Below, piece after piece: positions 1 to 17,190 of a DNA stretch of 64,000 nt (the first letter of the stretch is position 1; every line of letters starts with the position of its first letter). Origin of the DNA: the human T2T-CHM13v2.0 reference genome, Homo sapiens; the NCBI RefSeq assembly GCF_009914755.1, contig NC_060947.1; one strand, given 5' to 3'. Under the pieces are notes generated by a model, which was given only the letters and a program-made list of their open reading frames with translations, was not told the origin of the DNA and did not search any database. The position numbers and the translations under genes are program-made.

Positions 1-78
1 GAACTCCTGACCTCGTGATCCGCCTGCCTCCACCTCCCAAAGTGCTGGGATTACAGGTGGGAGCCACCACACCCGGCC
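1..78 (-). mobile_element. Alu (5' part, cut by window edge)
   Basis: cccaaagtgctgggattacagg...ccggcc. Confidence 0.9.
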
Positions 79-537
79 GAATTCTTGTTAAAGATTGTTA
101 CTCATCAAAGGGGCAGTAGTTTTTTTCTTTTTGAAGGTAGATATTTATGTCCACATTTTGGGTTAGCTTTTCATTTTTTTGCCCGCATGTACATCATTTG
201 ACATAGAAATGATAGTAACTTTCCTGTTTGGATCAAATGTACTACTGCAGGAAGTAGTCTACCTTTTAGCATTCACAACCTCAAACTAAACAACAGACTT
301 CTGTATGCTGTCTCCTGAGAAAGTACATAGGCCAATAAAAGGAACATACCTTTGGGTCTTGTTGTCAGGAGCCTGTAAGAAAGTTTATGTTCCCTGCTAA
401 TCTTGAGTAGGCAAACATAATAAAGGTAATTTTATGATAGAACTCAGAGTTTTTGTACATTTAATTTTATATGATTATAAACATGAAATATGAATAGATT
501 TTAGCAGCATAGTTTTGTAATTCCTTAGGTAGCTTAG

Positions 538-744
<207 letters not shown>

Positions 745-949
745 TGAATTTCCCCTTCATAATTTCCTTTTTTGTACTAACAATAAGATTGTAAATAAAA
801 AATTAAAAAATTACCCACCTTGATTTGTTACTGTATTCCTTTGCTTCTTTTTTGTTGTTATTATGTCTGTTTACCCACATTGGTACACAGTCATAAATAG
901 TTTCAGTGTATGAATATTACATTAATTACATTGATGTACTATCAGTGGT

Positions 950-1255
950 ACTTGGTTGGATGAATTTTTAGTATTTAGAAGCTTTAAAAATCCTATTTCA
1001 CTAGAATAGGGAGTTGGCCAGGTCAATAATTTTTTCTGTGTCTATCAGACCTTGACACAACATTTTTTTCTTTTAAAATTATATGTACCTGTCTGGGCGC
1101 AGTGGCTCACACCTGTAATCTCAGTACTCTGGGAGGTTGAGGTGGACAGATTGCTTGACCCTGGGAGTTCAAGACTAGCCTGGGCAACATGGTGAAACCC
1201 TGTTTCTACAAAATACACAAAAATTAGCTGGGCATGGTGGTGCTCGCCTATAGTC
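950..1255 (+). repeat. Dispersed copy of 3919-4221 (about 140 bp flank plus truncated AluJ-like element from 1091)
   Basis: Colinear match of non-Alu flank and Alu 5' part; this copy breaks off at cctatagtc. Confidence 0.9.
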
Positions 1256-1487
1256 TATGGATAATTGGACATTTTGGTAATTCCTAATTTTAAGTGTTTG
1301 TATTATAGTGATGGTGGCATTTTAGAAGGGTGTATACATTTCCTGGATGTGATCCTTACATATAGAAGTATGTGACCCTTTTGGGAGGAGTGTTAAGGGT
1401 ATGGCATGTGGTGTGTGAATTTGCCAGCTTTTAGCAGTTGAATATTTCTGCATTTTTAGTGAGAGAATTAACATACCAGCTACTTAA

Positions 1488-1914
<427 letters not shown>

Positions 1915-2852
1915 CCCTAAATTAAAGACCTTTAAAACAGTAATTATTTTGGGGGGAAAAAAATTAAATCATATCAAAGCAAGATATTAGGATGTTTTGT
2001 GTGTGCTTTTATTTTGTTGGGGGGTACTTTTGATGAATGTAGGAAGTCATTCTTTTTTTGGAGTTGCAAAGATTCAAGCATCATCATAATTTTTACTTGC
2101 TTGTATTAATGTGCTATAGTAATAGGTATCTGACAGGTGTTTCTTGTTATTGAATTTAACTTGTAATCTAAACTTTGAGTAACAGCCCATAAATATATAC
2201 TAATTATGGATAACCTGAGAAGTTACGGTGATTAAGTTTCAGCTTTTAGGTCTGTTTATATTAAAAGCAGTGTTACTTGAATTTAATATTTAGAATTAGA
2301 AATAACGCGATCATCTGTTACTTTTTAATCTAATAATTAATAGCCTTTAATGGCAGCTCACTATACATGTGAACTTAAGCAAGTAGTTTTACTTTAATAT
2401 ATATTGTTTAGCTTATCTACAAATGGGATTGCCTGGTTTTCAGTAAGGAAAAGCAGAAGCTAGTTGTTGCTGGATAGGTTTTTTTCCCAGAAGGAAAATA
2501 GTGATTGAGACTTAATGCAAATTTTATTTCTATGCTTTATCCTCCAAAGCTGTTAGAATGTTAACTCTTTTATAGTAGGTATAGAGAATTGTTACATATG
2601 ATGAAAACCTCAAAAGTTTTTTCTAGACACTAGGAGAGAGCTCCACCTTGTGATCTTGGAGCATATTTTTTAAAAAGTTAATAACCCGCAATAGTGCAGA
2701 AATTGTTTGGTGAGTTTGATTTTTAAACTGATACTTTTCTTTGAGCATTACATGTTTTTATAGTTTTGGGTTACCCAGCTGAAGTCAAATGGTATTAAGC
2801 ACATTTGAAGATACTCTGAATTTGTTAATGTAAGTCTGTGGGGGAAACACAT

Positions 2853-2921
2853 TGGATGGATGGATGGATGGATGGATGGATGGATGGACAGACGGACGGA
2901 TGGATGGATAGATGGATGGAT
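2853..2921. repeat. (TGGA)n microsatellite in place of an Alu tail
   Basis: About 17 TGGA/CGGA-type units adjoining the Alu 3' end. Confidence 0.95.
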
Positions 2922-3203
<282 letters not shown>

Positions 3204-3412
3204 GCAAATTGTATTTATATGCAGCTGTAGACATTTAAAATAAAGATGTAAACATTCTCAGCTCTTCCTGTAGATTAAAGTTTACATTTAGAAACTACTA
3301 ATCCCAACTCATCCGTTGGGTTCCTTCCCTTCTAAATTACAAAGCAATTTTAATATTTGTAATTTTTTGTTGAGCTATGATGAACTGTTTTTATGGCAAA
3401 TAAGTCATTTAG

Positions 3413-3763
<351 letters not shown>

Positions 3764-4055
3764 TTATATTTAATAATAATAAGTGGCAAGTAGGTACCTT
3801 CTCGTAGAAATAATAATCACATTTCTTAACAGGTATTAAGGACAAGGATCATTGTTCTCCTGTTCACTGTTGTATTCTCATTGCCCAGCACTACATTTGG
3901 CACATGGTGGATACTTTCACTTGGTTGGATGAATTTTCAACATTTAGAGACTTTAAAAAAATCTTATTTCACTAGGATAGGGAATTGGCCAGTTCAATAA
4001 TTTTTCTATCAGACCCTGACACAACTTTTTTTTTCTTTTAAAAATATATGTACCT

Positions 4056-4337
4056 GGCTGGGCGCAGTGGCTCACGCCTGTAATCTCAGCACTTTGGGAG
4101 GCTAAGGTGGGTGAATTGCTTGAGCCCAGGAGTTCAAGACTAACCTGAGCAGCATGGTGAAACCCTGTCTCTACAAAATAAGAAAAAATTAGCTGGGCCA
4201 TGGTAGTGTGTGCCTATAGTCCCAGCTACTTGGGAGGCTGAGATGGGAGGATCACTTGAGCCTGGGGAGGTCAAGGCTGTAGTGAGTTGTGATTGCGCCA
4301 CTGCACTCCAGTGCGGGTGACAGAGTAAGACCTTGTC
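4056..4337 (+). mobile_element. Alu (AluJ-like)
   Basis: ggctgggcgcagtggctcac...gtaagaccttgtct. Confidence 0.9.
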
Positions 4338-4929
4338 TGTCTGTCTCTATTTTTTATATACGTATAATACGCACATGCGCGCATCTATCTTGTCTTGAGA
4401 GATACATCTTACATCTTTGATTTTGCTTTTGTGTTTGCTTTGGTTTCTAATTACAAAGTACATGTTAGTATAGCCTATGCTTTGCAAAATAATTTGGCCT
4501 GGGAATGCTTCTTTCTTTTACAGTAGAAATTAATTTTGTGCTATTTAGAAGAATCCAGTATATCGCACAATATTCATTTTATTTAGTATTCTCTGCTTCT
4601 CAGAGATGATGCATTCTTTATATTCATCACCTGTGATTCCTTAGGTGACTGTATTTACGAACTACCTTTAAAGTGTGCTTAGAAATTATATTGAAGGAAA
4701 GCAGCAACTTTGGTTTTGATGAAATGCTCAGAGACGCAGACAGATACAGCAAGGATCACATGACCTTTTTTATTTTCATCTTGCCGTCTAGATGACGTGA
4801 CCTGTTCATTAGAATTTATTAGTTCTGTGCCTCTCCAGTTCCTTTAAAAGAAACAAAATAATTTTCTTTTATAAATAAGTTAGCATTTTAGGAGGTGAAT
4901 GTGTATCTTACATATGATGACAAACTTCA

Positions 4930-5097
4930 GAAAAGAAAAAATTAGCCAGATGTGGTGAGTACCTATAGTCCTAGCTACTCAGAAAGCTGAGGTAGAAGGA
5001 TCTCTTGAGCCCTGAAGTTTGAGGCTGCAGTGAGCTATGATTTGTGCCACTGCACTCCAGCCTGGGTGACAGAGTAAGCCCTGTCTCAACGAAAATA
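4930..5097 (+). mobile_element. Alu right arm only
   Basis: aaaattagccag...cactccagcctgggtgacagag. Confidence 0.85.
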
Positions 5098-5126
5098 AGA
5101 TTTTAAAATTTATGTATGTATGTATG

Positions 5127-5440
<314 letters not shown>

Positions 5441-5768
5441 TTATTCAGGATTTAATTTGTGGATTATTCATTCTTGTTTCTCCTATTGCCTCATTTGTTA
5501 TTTTGCTGTTCACAAAACATAAAATTAATATTTTTCTGTTTTAGCTTAAGTAAGCTAGGAAATACAATGTTTTGAACTTTGTATATTAATTAAATATTAG
5601 TAACCATTGATGATGTTTTCTAGAGAGATAAAATTACCAAGACAAATTGAGCTGTTTCTTGTGTGATATCTAACCTACTGGGAGAAGTCATTAGGAGTTT
5701 GTCAGTATGTTATATTTGAGCATTTAATATTAATTGGATATGTTTAATCTTACCTGCTTTTTCTTTAG

Positions 5769-5833
5769 GTGGCCACCGAGTACTAAATTCACTTGGGAAT
5801 AAAAGAAAAACATAAGAAAATTATAAGAGAAAG
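5769..5833 (+). other. STAG2: STAG2 non-coding 5'UTR exon (65 nt)
   Basis: Acceptor ctgcttttcttTAG|GTGGCC and donor AAAG|GTACAC; size fits the recalled c.-162 to c.-98 exon. Confidence 0.8.
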
Positions 5834-6490
5834 GTACACATAAGACTAAGAGCTTTAGACTTTAGCTTCAGCCTGTTTTCTCCTTCCTTGTTTGCTTTTA
5901 GGTCATTTTCTTCATTTAGGAAATGCATCCTTGACTTTCAAAACATAGACATAATACCCTTTCTGTCTGCCATTTTTACATGTACTTTGGTCAAAAATGG
6001 CATTCATTTGTTGTTCGTATGAAATTATTGGCATTTAAATTGATCGTAAGTTCCTTGAGGGAGAGGAATAGATCAGATCTAACATTTTTTCCCCCTTCTC
6101 TTCTCAACAAAGTTTGTTATTATCATGAAGTGGTTATTTATTTAATAAGCCAGGCTTTGGACTGTATGTTTCCAGGGCAGGAAAATCTGTTTTAAAGTTA
6201 TATCTTAGGTTTTTTTTATTAGCTCCTTTTAACTGTATGTGCATGATACCAGCAAAAGGTTGTATTTTCAGGCATCTCATATTATGGTTTAAAGTTCTCA
6301 TAGGGATTTCAGGACCAGTAAGAGTCATATCCTGTTTCTATTTAGGATGTATTAATATATATATAAAGCCAGGCGGAGAATCACAAGAAAATTTAAAAAC
6401 AATTGTTTTATAAGCTTCTTTTTCCCCTATGTGTTATTACTGTGGGGCTGCGAGTGTTACAACAAGTCCATATCTAGATTAAGCAGTCAA

Positions 6491-6835
<345 letters not shown>

Positions 6836-6931
6836 TTAGTAGGCACTGGGGAATTTAACTTTTGAGTATGGATATCCTTTCCGAATATTTTTGGTGCATT
6901 TGTAATAAATGTCATTTTCTCCTTTTTAAAG

Positions 6932-7028
6932 GAATTGTCTTAGAAGAAAGAAGGCAAGCCACCATTTTACCCACGTAAATATATGAATATATTTCTGACA
7001 TTGAGGTGTTCCAGAAGATGATAAAGAA
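6932..7028 (+). other. STAG2: 5'UTR portion of STAG2 exon 3
   Basis: Acceptor ttttctcctttttaAAG at 6929-6931; 97 nt to the ATG. Confidence 0.85.
6983..7021 (+). promoter_or_regulatory. uORF1 in STAG2 5'UTR (MNIFLTLRCSRR*)
   Basis: ATG 6983 to TGA 7019-7021 inside exon 3; translation not demonstrated. Confidence 0.55.
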
Positions 7029-7032
7029 ATGA
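7018..7032 (+). promoter_or_regulatory. uORF2 (MIKK*), stop overlaps the main ATG
   Basis: ATG ATA AAG AAA TGA; A at -3; TGA 7030-7032 overlaps ATG 7029-7031. Confidence 0.55.
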
Positions 7033-7072
7033 TAGCAGCTCCAGAAATACCAACTGATTTTAATCTACTACA
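7029..7072 (+). CDS. STAG2: STAG2 exon 3 coding part (start codon)
   Basis: ATG 7029; MIAAPEIPTDFNLL(Q); donor CA|GTAAGT. Confidence 0.96.
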
Positions 7073-10000
7073 GTAAGTAAATTATATTCTGATAATTTTT
7101 AAATACTTGTTTATTCCACAAAATGGGGAATGCATTAACTTCAGTTAAATTTCCTTCTGCTCGAGAAGATCTAATATATAAAATAGCTTTTATGCTTTGC
7201 AAGAGTTTATATCAGCACTCATCAAGGCTCTGTAATAATAATTATTCTGTACTTTTTTGTTGTTGTGTTTTAAATTTGTCTTTTAGTTTACATGCTGCAG
7301 TTTATTATTTTTTGTTGTGTAGTTCTGAGTCCATACTTGGTTTTGCAATAGCAACTGTTTTGAGAGAGCATCATAAAATTCCTAAAAATAAAGTTTTCTC
7401 ATTAGTGAGGTATACCATGTGGCACTATTTAGGATGTAATGTCAGATTTCTGTTACAAAATCAAATGATGATTGCAGAAATAAGTTACATGTATATTGGT
7501 CCAGAAAGTGTTTTCAACATAGGTATCCTCTTTACCCCCATCTGAAAAGCTAACTGTACTCCTTAGCTTTTATTCTAATTACTCCTTGGTTTTGAAAGAT
7601 TTTGAACTACTCTATGTAACAGTGATTTTCATACTAAGGTACAGTTTCATGAGTTGCCTCAGTGAAAAGTGAACTTTTAAATTGCCCGTGAATCCCTTTA
7701 TTTACCCACCCCCACCACTGTATTTTTTATTAGGATCTTTATGAGACTTGACTTGAAAAGAGAGTTTAGTTGCTAAAAATTTTGAAAACAACAGACTAAT
7801 ACCTTTGTACATAATGGCAGCCAGCATTTACTTTTGATCATATGTAGATTTTCATATTTTTAATAATTTTGTTATCTTCAGTGGAGTTTATGAATCTTCT
7901 GGGACCAAATACATTCAGGTTCCCACAAAACAGCATTTTTAGTGAGGATTTTATGTATTCTAAGTCTCATATCTTTGTAAAAGTTAATTATTACCTTTGT
8001 TAATATTAAGTGTCTGCTGTATACAGGATGTTACATTAGATCCTGTGAGGAATTAAGTTAGGTACTTCCTGCTGCCTTTATGAGTTCATATTTTAAAGAT
8101 ATAAAGAGAAGATTATGAAGTTTCTTATATACTTGGTTAGAGACTATAAAAAGGGTTTATATTATGGACTAGACTATTGACTGTTAGAATATCTCAAATA
8201 ATGAGGACCTGAAATAGGATAATGAATAAAAGGGAATTGATGTTGTTCGGGTGGAACAGGCCCAGCATTTGACTGGGTATGTGGGGTGCAGGGCACAGTA
8301 AAGAGGAATGGAAGATTCAGTCGTGTGATAGATGACTCAGGATGTTTCAGGTCACTGAATGGTTAATACAGTATGTTTAATAAACATAACTGTTATTTCA
8401 CCTAGGGTAGTTTTTGTTGTTCTTTTGATCTTAAAAACACAGGAAAGCATTGAAGAACGGCTTAGGAGAGTATTTCTTCTTTGGTTGGGAGTATTTTAGA
8501 CTTCCATTCTGATTACTCACTTAAGCTTTCTTTAGAAAGTTTTTCAGTAAGTTACCAAACCTCTAGTGCTTCACTCTTAGTTGGGATAGCTTGGAGATGA
8601 GTATTAAGAGGATAATTGAGCCCTTGATTACTCTGGCCATTGGAACATTGTGAAGACTATAGTGATTTTCTTCAGACTTAAAGCAGTTACTTAGCTCTTT
8701 AAGAGAGCTGGTGTCCTACGAAACGCTTGGGAAGAAATAAATATTACTTATACATCAAGATATTTTAAATTTTCATTTTTTTTTTGCAAGACCATATAGA
8801 CATGTGAGAAGATTATTGATGACAACAATCTTCTTAAGATGTAACACACATGAGCTTCAGGGTTAATATTATAGTAGTCATTCAGTTTTTGGTGCATTAA
8901 CTCTAGGGAATGGTATTTATTACAGGCCCTTTCCTCTCAACATTGTAGGATATAGTTAGGATTGCCACCACCTTCCATACATTGTTTAAATTACTTTATA
9001 TGTAAGTGCTGTATAAATAGTATTTTTTTTCCTGCTAGCATCTTAATCATTATTTTAGATTTATGAAATATTCTTACCTCACAGCCTCTGCTACCTCATA
9101 GCCTCTGGGCAACTGGTTATTGTAGCAATAAAATGGAAATAGAAGAAATCTAGATTGAGAATACTAGTTTTATAAAGATAGCCTTTCACTTCGATTCCAT
9201 TTATTTTAAGCAGAGCTGGTGCTAGGTTTACACATTTAGGGTGGAAAAACCTTTATCTTTTATGGATGTGGCTCAATTCTAAAATCCAGTGTGACCCAAA
9301 TACTAATATAAGTATGCCTTGCTTTAAGCATTTAAATGAGGGTATGTTACTACTATTTAGATAGACTCATGTTTACTCATTTGGAAAGCATCACACATAT
9401 TTATTTAAATCGGTCGGCTTCCATATGTTTGTGAGAAAATCCAGATTATACAAACTAGCCTTACCCCAACCCAGAACAAGGGACAGTTGTTTAGGACTAT
9501 AGATTCATATGTTGGAGATTGTAGAGACTTTAGAGATTTCGTTCTTTCCTGCGTATATATTATTTATAGATGAGAAGATTGAGATTGTCACTTGTATAAG
9601 ATCCACAGTTACTTAGTACCAAAACTGTTCTCCTGACTATAGCTCATCACCTCTTTACTTCATAAAGGATATTGATCACTTAGCATAATTCCCTAGTGTA
9701 TTTCAAATGCTTTAGTTTATAAAAAGGTTTTATAAGTACCCTTTCAGAAATACATGTTTTGTATATTGACTCACCTAGATTTATAAATACTTTTCGAGTG
9801 AGGTAGGAGAGATCAGAGGATCCATAATCATAAAACTCCCTAATAAAGTTCCTCCAATGCCTAGTATTAAAATACAGTTTTTCCGCAGCACTGTGATCTT
9901 TGAAGTAGGAAATGGAACCAACCATTACATGGAACACCACAGTTCCTAGGGTTAAATTTTGAGACCCACTGGATTAGTTTTCATACTTTGATTAAAAATT

Positions 10001-10220
10001 AACAAAAATGTTTAGGTATTTGTATTTTAGATTATTATTTTTGTAGCTGCTTATGTAATCTTGTGTGTTTGGTAACGTGCTATAGTATGATGTTTTGGGG
10101 AAACATCTTAATTACTTATAATGCTAATATGAAGTTTTGTAATGAGTTAACCAAGCCTTTCTTTTAGAAAATATGGCAAAAATTAGAAACTCAATATAAA
10201 TTTCTAAGGAAGGGTTTTAA

Positions 10221-10406
<186 letters not shown>

Positions 10407-10528
10407 TAAAAATGGCTTTTTAAGGGGGTGGGAGCTGATTGGTATGGTAAGCCTTCTGAGTAAATGTGGTCCTTTTGTCTTCTAGACCAGGTAGCCTTTG
10501 GGATCTATTTACACTGCTGTAAAGTTGC

Positions 10529-10529
10529 A

Positions 10530-10575
<46 letters not shown>
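10529..10575. repeat. (AAT)n microsatellite
   Basis: About 15 uninterrupted units. Confidence 0.95.
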
Positions 10576-10576
<1 letters not shown>

Positions 10577-11304
10577 ATTTCCAGTAGTTTATTTCGTAAA
10601 GCACAGTATGTGAAGCAGAATGCAATGTTCTGTTGGCTTTATTTTTGTTTTCCCACAAGTAATAAAATGTAAAGGAAAGCAATATATAAAATCTTTAAAG
10701 CACTCTAAAAATGTAACATACAACCAGTTTAAGGCTAATGGGTTACAAATGACAATAGTTTTACTCTTTATAAGTAATATGAAAGATAAAAAATTACAAA
10801 GTTAAGTTCTGAGTCAATATAATGTAAGTTTAAAGTGTGAGTGGGTTAGCCTGAGGGCTGGATATAACTTGGCGAATGGCTAAATTATTTTGTTGTTTTG
10901 GAAAGTATATTTGACTCTGCATGTGTGTAAATACATTATGCAAAAGATAACTTGTTTTTGTTGTTCAGCATTTGTTTTTCAAAATGAATTTTGGATTTAT
11001 ATTGTCTCATGACATACTTTGAAAAAGTCTTAACAATACAGAAGTTTACGATGACCAAAGTGAAATTTTTCCATAATCCTATCACCTGGAGGTAATTTAT
11101 TCTTTAAACATTTTGATGCACATACTTCTATTCATACACCTATGTATAAACATGATGATAACATTTTATTTAAGTGGAGTCATACTATGCAAACAGTTTA
11201 ATGTGCTTTTAAAACTCAATGGTATGTTGTCAACAGCTTTCCCATAAGTGACTGTAAAACTCTCTTTTATTTTTTTTCTATTTTTTAAATTAAATTTATT
11301 TGTT

Positions 11305-11622
11305 TTTTTGGAGATGGGGTCTCTCTATGTTGCCTAGACTGGAGTGCAGTGGCTATTCACTGGCACAGTCATGGCACACTACAGCCTCAAACTCTTGGGC
11401 TAAAGCAATTATCCTGCCTCAGCCTCTCGACTGGACTACAGGCACCACAGGCCTGTGCCACGATGCCTGGCTTCTCTGTAATTCCTTTTATTTTTTATTT
11501 TTGTAGAGATGAGATTTCACTATGTTCCCCAGGCTGGTCCTGTACTACTGGGCTCAAGCAGTCCTCCTGCCTCAGCCTCCCAAAGTGCTGGGATTTACAG
11601 GTGTGAGCCACCACGCCTGGCC
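11305..11622 (-). mobile_element. Alu (old, AluJ-like)
   Basis: Diverged dimer. Confidence 0.85.
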
Positions 11623-12612
11623 ATTCTCTTGTGATTTCTAATTGTGGCAAAACATCACGTTTAATGTATGGAACATAATTTATTTAACTAATGCTTGGAA
11701 TATTTTTTGAGTGCTCATAATTCATGTGTTTCATAATTTTGTGTGCTCTCTTATTTCTTTAAAAAGACTCGAGAGAGGGATATGAATAGAAATATTAACT
11801 TACGGCTATCCAAAGATAACCTTAATTCTATTGGACAGTATAATTTATTAGAAAACCATTTTTTTTCCATTAACCTATTTTGCCTTTGATTTAATTTACA
11901 AGTTTGGACAAGATTCTTGGTGGCACCTGAGTAGATGACTCTGAAGTTTTTGTGCCACAGTTTGGTTAAGGTTATATAGCTACTACTGTGGGTGAGGTGT
12001 TGGGACAGGTCAAGGATTTATTACAATAATAGCAACTGCATTTTGAGACTATACTATGTATGTTCCATGTGTTGTGCTAACAATTTCACATGTTAATCTA
12101 ATATTTGAACAACTGCGTAGATGAGAAAACACCATTATTTTATAGGTAGGAAACTGAAGTCCAGAGAATCCCAGTGGTTAAAGGATTTGAGTTCAGGTCT
12201 GTGCCCTTAACCCTCTATACTATACCACTTCCTAAAGTCTTTATGTAGAAGTTTTTTTTCTCTCCAAGGTTGTACACAGGTTAGCGTATTTGCTTTTTGT
12301 ATAATGCTTCCTTTGTTATTATCACTCCTTGCACATTTTTTTTTCTAGCACAGCATACCCATTCTGCCATTTTAATTGTCCCAATTAGTTTTTCATACTG
12401 ACAGGGACTATTGAGGCATTTGATAGATAAACTGCAAATATACAGCTCCATGTTAATTAACATTTTATATTTTACTAGTCTATTCTGTTGTAGTTGATCT
12501 TTTCTTTCAACCTTATCTCTGAAAATGCTTTTACTGGGGACAAAAGCCTTTCATTGTGCAATCAGGAATTAATGAATTAGGTTCACAAAGACTGAATCTC
12601 ATTTACAGAATA

Positions 12613-12954
12613 TAGCAGTCTCCCTTATTCTCAGGGATACATTCTAAGACCCCCAGTGGATGCCTGAAATTGCGGATAGTACAGAACCTTGCATATTGAA
12701 TTTTTTCAATATGGTAACCAAAATGGCTAGTAAGTGACTAATGAGCTGCGTGGATATGCTGGACAAAGGGATGATTCACGTCCTGGGTGGGATACAGCAG
12801 GATGATGAGTGATTCTATCATGCTACTCAGAATGGTGTGCAATTTAAAACTTTTGAATTGTTTATTTCTAGAATTTCCTACTGAATATTTTTGGACTGCA
12901 GCAGACCAAGGGTAACTGAAACTGAATAAAGTAAAACCCAGGGGAGGACTACTG
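12613..12954 (-). mobile_element. MER44A-like (TcMar-Tigger) non-autonomous DNA transposon
   Basis: Terminal inverted repeats tagcagtctccct / ggggaggactactg, flanking TA dinucleotides, internal gatatgctggacaaagggatgattcacgtcc. Confidence 0.8.
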
Positions 12955-13141
12955 TATTGCAAATTAACAAGTAATATGTTTCAGATGTTTCAGGTGTTCC
13001 CCTTCAGGGAAGGGGTTTAAAGTAACTGTTAAGAGTTGAGTCGTTTTGGACTCTTGGAGGAAGAAGGGACCCTCTAAGGAATAAAGTACATAAATACCAC
13101 AGGCTTTCAGTGGAAAGAAATTTGTAGGCATCGCTATAGAT

Positions 13142-14127
<986 letters not shown>

Positions 14128-14909
14128 CTTTCTAGATCGTAGAGATGTGTTGGTCTAAAAGAGACCTTTAAGAAATCATCAAATCCAGGGGTCGGAATAC
14201 CTTTCTGTAAAGTATTTTAATTCAACCCTGGCATTTGAGAAATGAGGATTCCGAGTTAGGGAATGGCTTGTTTTCTTAAAGTATAAGAGCTATGGGAGGT
14301 ATTTTTATAGCTTAGGCATATAGGGAACCTTTTCACTGATTTTTTTGATGCCCCTACCCGCGCGTCCCCACCCCCCACCAATACTGACAACTTTTGTTAT
14401 AATGGGCTTCATTTCCATAGTTTTCATTAATTGAATTTTCATGATGACTAAATGTTGGAGGGAGGCCTAGAACAAGAATGAGATTGATAAACCTACTCCT
14501 AATGTTCAGAATTCCTTGTTCAGAGCACTGCAATGATTTCTAAGACTAACAATACAAATAAAATGTTGAACTGAGTATAAGGTACATATTTGATAATGAG
14601 TTTGGTTATTCTTGCTGCCCACTTCAGTCTGCATCCAAAAGCTGCATAAGGGAGTAATATAAAACTTGGAGATAGCTACCTTGATTTACTACACCCTTGA
14701 GAATTCTCTGATTATACTTGAGAGATATTTTTGCAGTGTTTTTCAAACTTTGTTGATATTTTGAGGGCTTTTAAGTCTGTGATTTTATATTACTTTTCAA
14801 AATAGATTCAAATCAGTATTTTGTGTCATTGTTTCTGTTGGTCTTCCTACCAGATTAAGATTCATGTAACATTTACTGAACTCCTTTTAACATAATTTTT
14901 TCATTTTAC

Positions 14910-15160
14910 AGTGATAACAATAGCTGACATTTTTTGACTTTATTATATGCTGGGTATGTTGCTAAGTACTTTGTGTTTTCATTATCGCAGCAACCCTATG
15001 GGGTAGGCACAGTTTTATCCTCACTTTACAAATTAGAAAAACATCACTGAAACATAGTGTGGTTAAGTAATTTGCCTAAAATCACTCAGCTAATAGTAGC
15101 AGAAATTTGCACCCACAGAGTCTGTCTGTCTGCAGAGGCTATGCTGCTAACTACTATGTC
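14910..15160 (-). mobile_element. MIR
   Basis: caaccctatggggtagg...ttttatcctcactttaca...ggttaagtaatttgcc. Confidence 0.7.
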
Positions 15161-15333
15161 ATGTGAGGCATGGTAGTATACTTGAAAAAATGGACACCAC
15201 AAAGAGGCTGTCACAGTTATATCATTTTGTTATAAGTGGATGGAATTCTTTAGGGCAAGTTTAAGCATGTTATGTACCCTATCAGCTACTTCTACTGTAG
15301 CTGTGTTTTGAACTCTCAAGGATAGTGATATAA

Positions 15334-16449
<1,116 letters not shown>

Positions 16450-16875
16450 TAATGGCCTAAGGTAAAAAATAATTTGGTCAAAAATATGCTGATGTAAACC
16501 ATGGCTATGAGGTCTCAATTTTCCCTGAATTTATATAGATGCCATTAAAATACGAAGTCTTCTACCCATATGGAATTCCTGGTTGAGTGACCTAATATAA
16601 TTATTATCCACTTTAGTGGAATGAATTATTTTAGTTACTGTTGTCTATTACAAATTTTATTATTTGTGCTTGTTTCTTAGAAGAATAAAAAGTTGGAGGC
16701 ATATTCATGTCGAATCATTCGAATTATGTTTTCTCTGCATACTTTTATGACAATAGAAGCATTTAGGCTTTCTAATGTTGGCTAAACCATTAGAAAGTGG
16801 AATAAATACAATACTCAAGGAGTATATATACTTAATAAAGTTTTAATTTAATTTATAAAAGCTACAGGCAATAGT

Positions 16876-17190
16876 TTTTTTTTTTAATTTCAACTTTTAG
16901 ATACAGGGATTACATATACAGGTTTGTACATGAGTATATTGCACCTAGGAAGTGAGGGTAGTATCCAGTGGGTAGTTTTTCAGTCCCCACCCCCTACCCC
17001 CAGTAGTCCGCAGTGTCTATGTTTTCCACATTTGTGTCCACATGTGCTCAATATTTAGCTTCCACTTACAAGTGAGAACATGTGGTATTTGGTTTTCTGT
17101 TCCTGCGTTAATTCACTTAGGATTATTGCCTCCAACTCTACCCATGTTGCTGTGAAAGACACAATTGCATTCTTTTTTATGACTGTGGAG
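16876..17190 (-). mobile_element. L1 3' end (old L1PA/L1PB-type), 5' truncated
   Basis: T tail; ccacttacaagtgagaacatgtggtatttggttttctgttcctgcgttaattcacttagg. Confidence 0.88.

Noticed and set aside
6872-6880. U12-type donor motif ATATCCTTT (also at about 34114, and GTATCCTTT at 50739)
   Set aside because: None coincides with an exon end; all traced introns have U2-type donors; a rough composition estimate gives 1-2 such 9-mers by chance
6958-6978. Perfect Kozak GCCACC followed by near-cognate ATT
   Set aside because: Out of frame with STAG2 and closed by TAA after four codons; no N-terminal extension
7123-7545. 140-aa intronic ORF
   Set aside because: T-rich low-complexity composition, no recognisable domain or splice context
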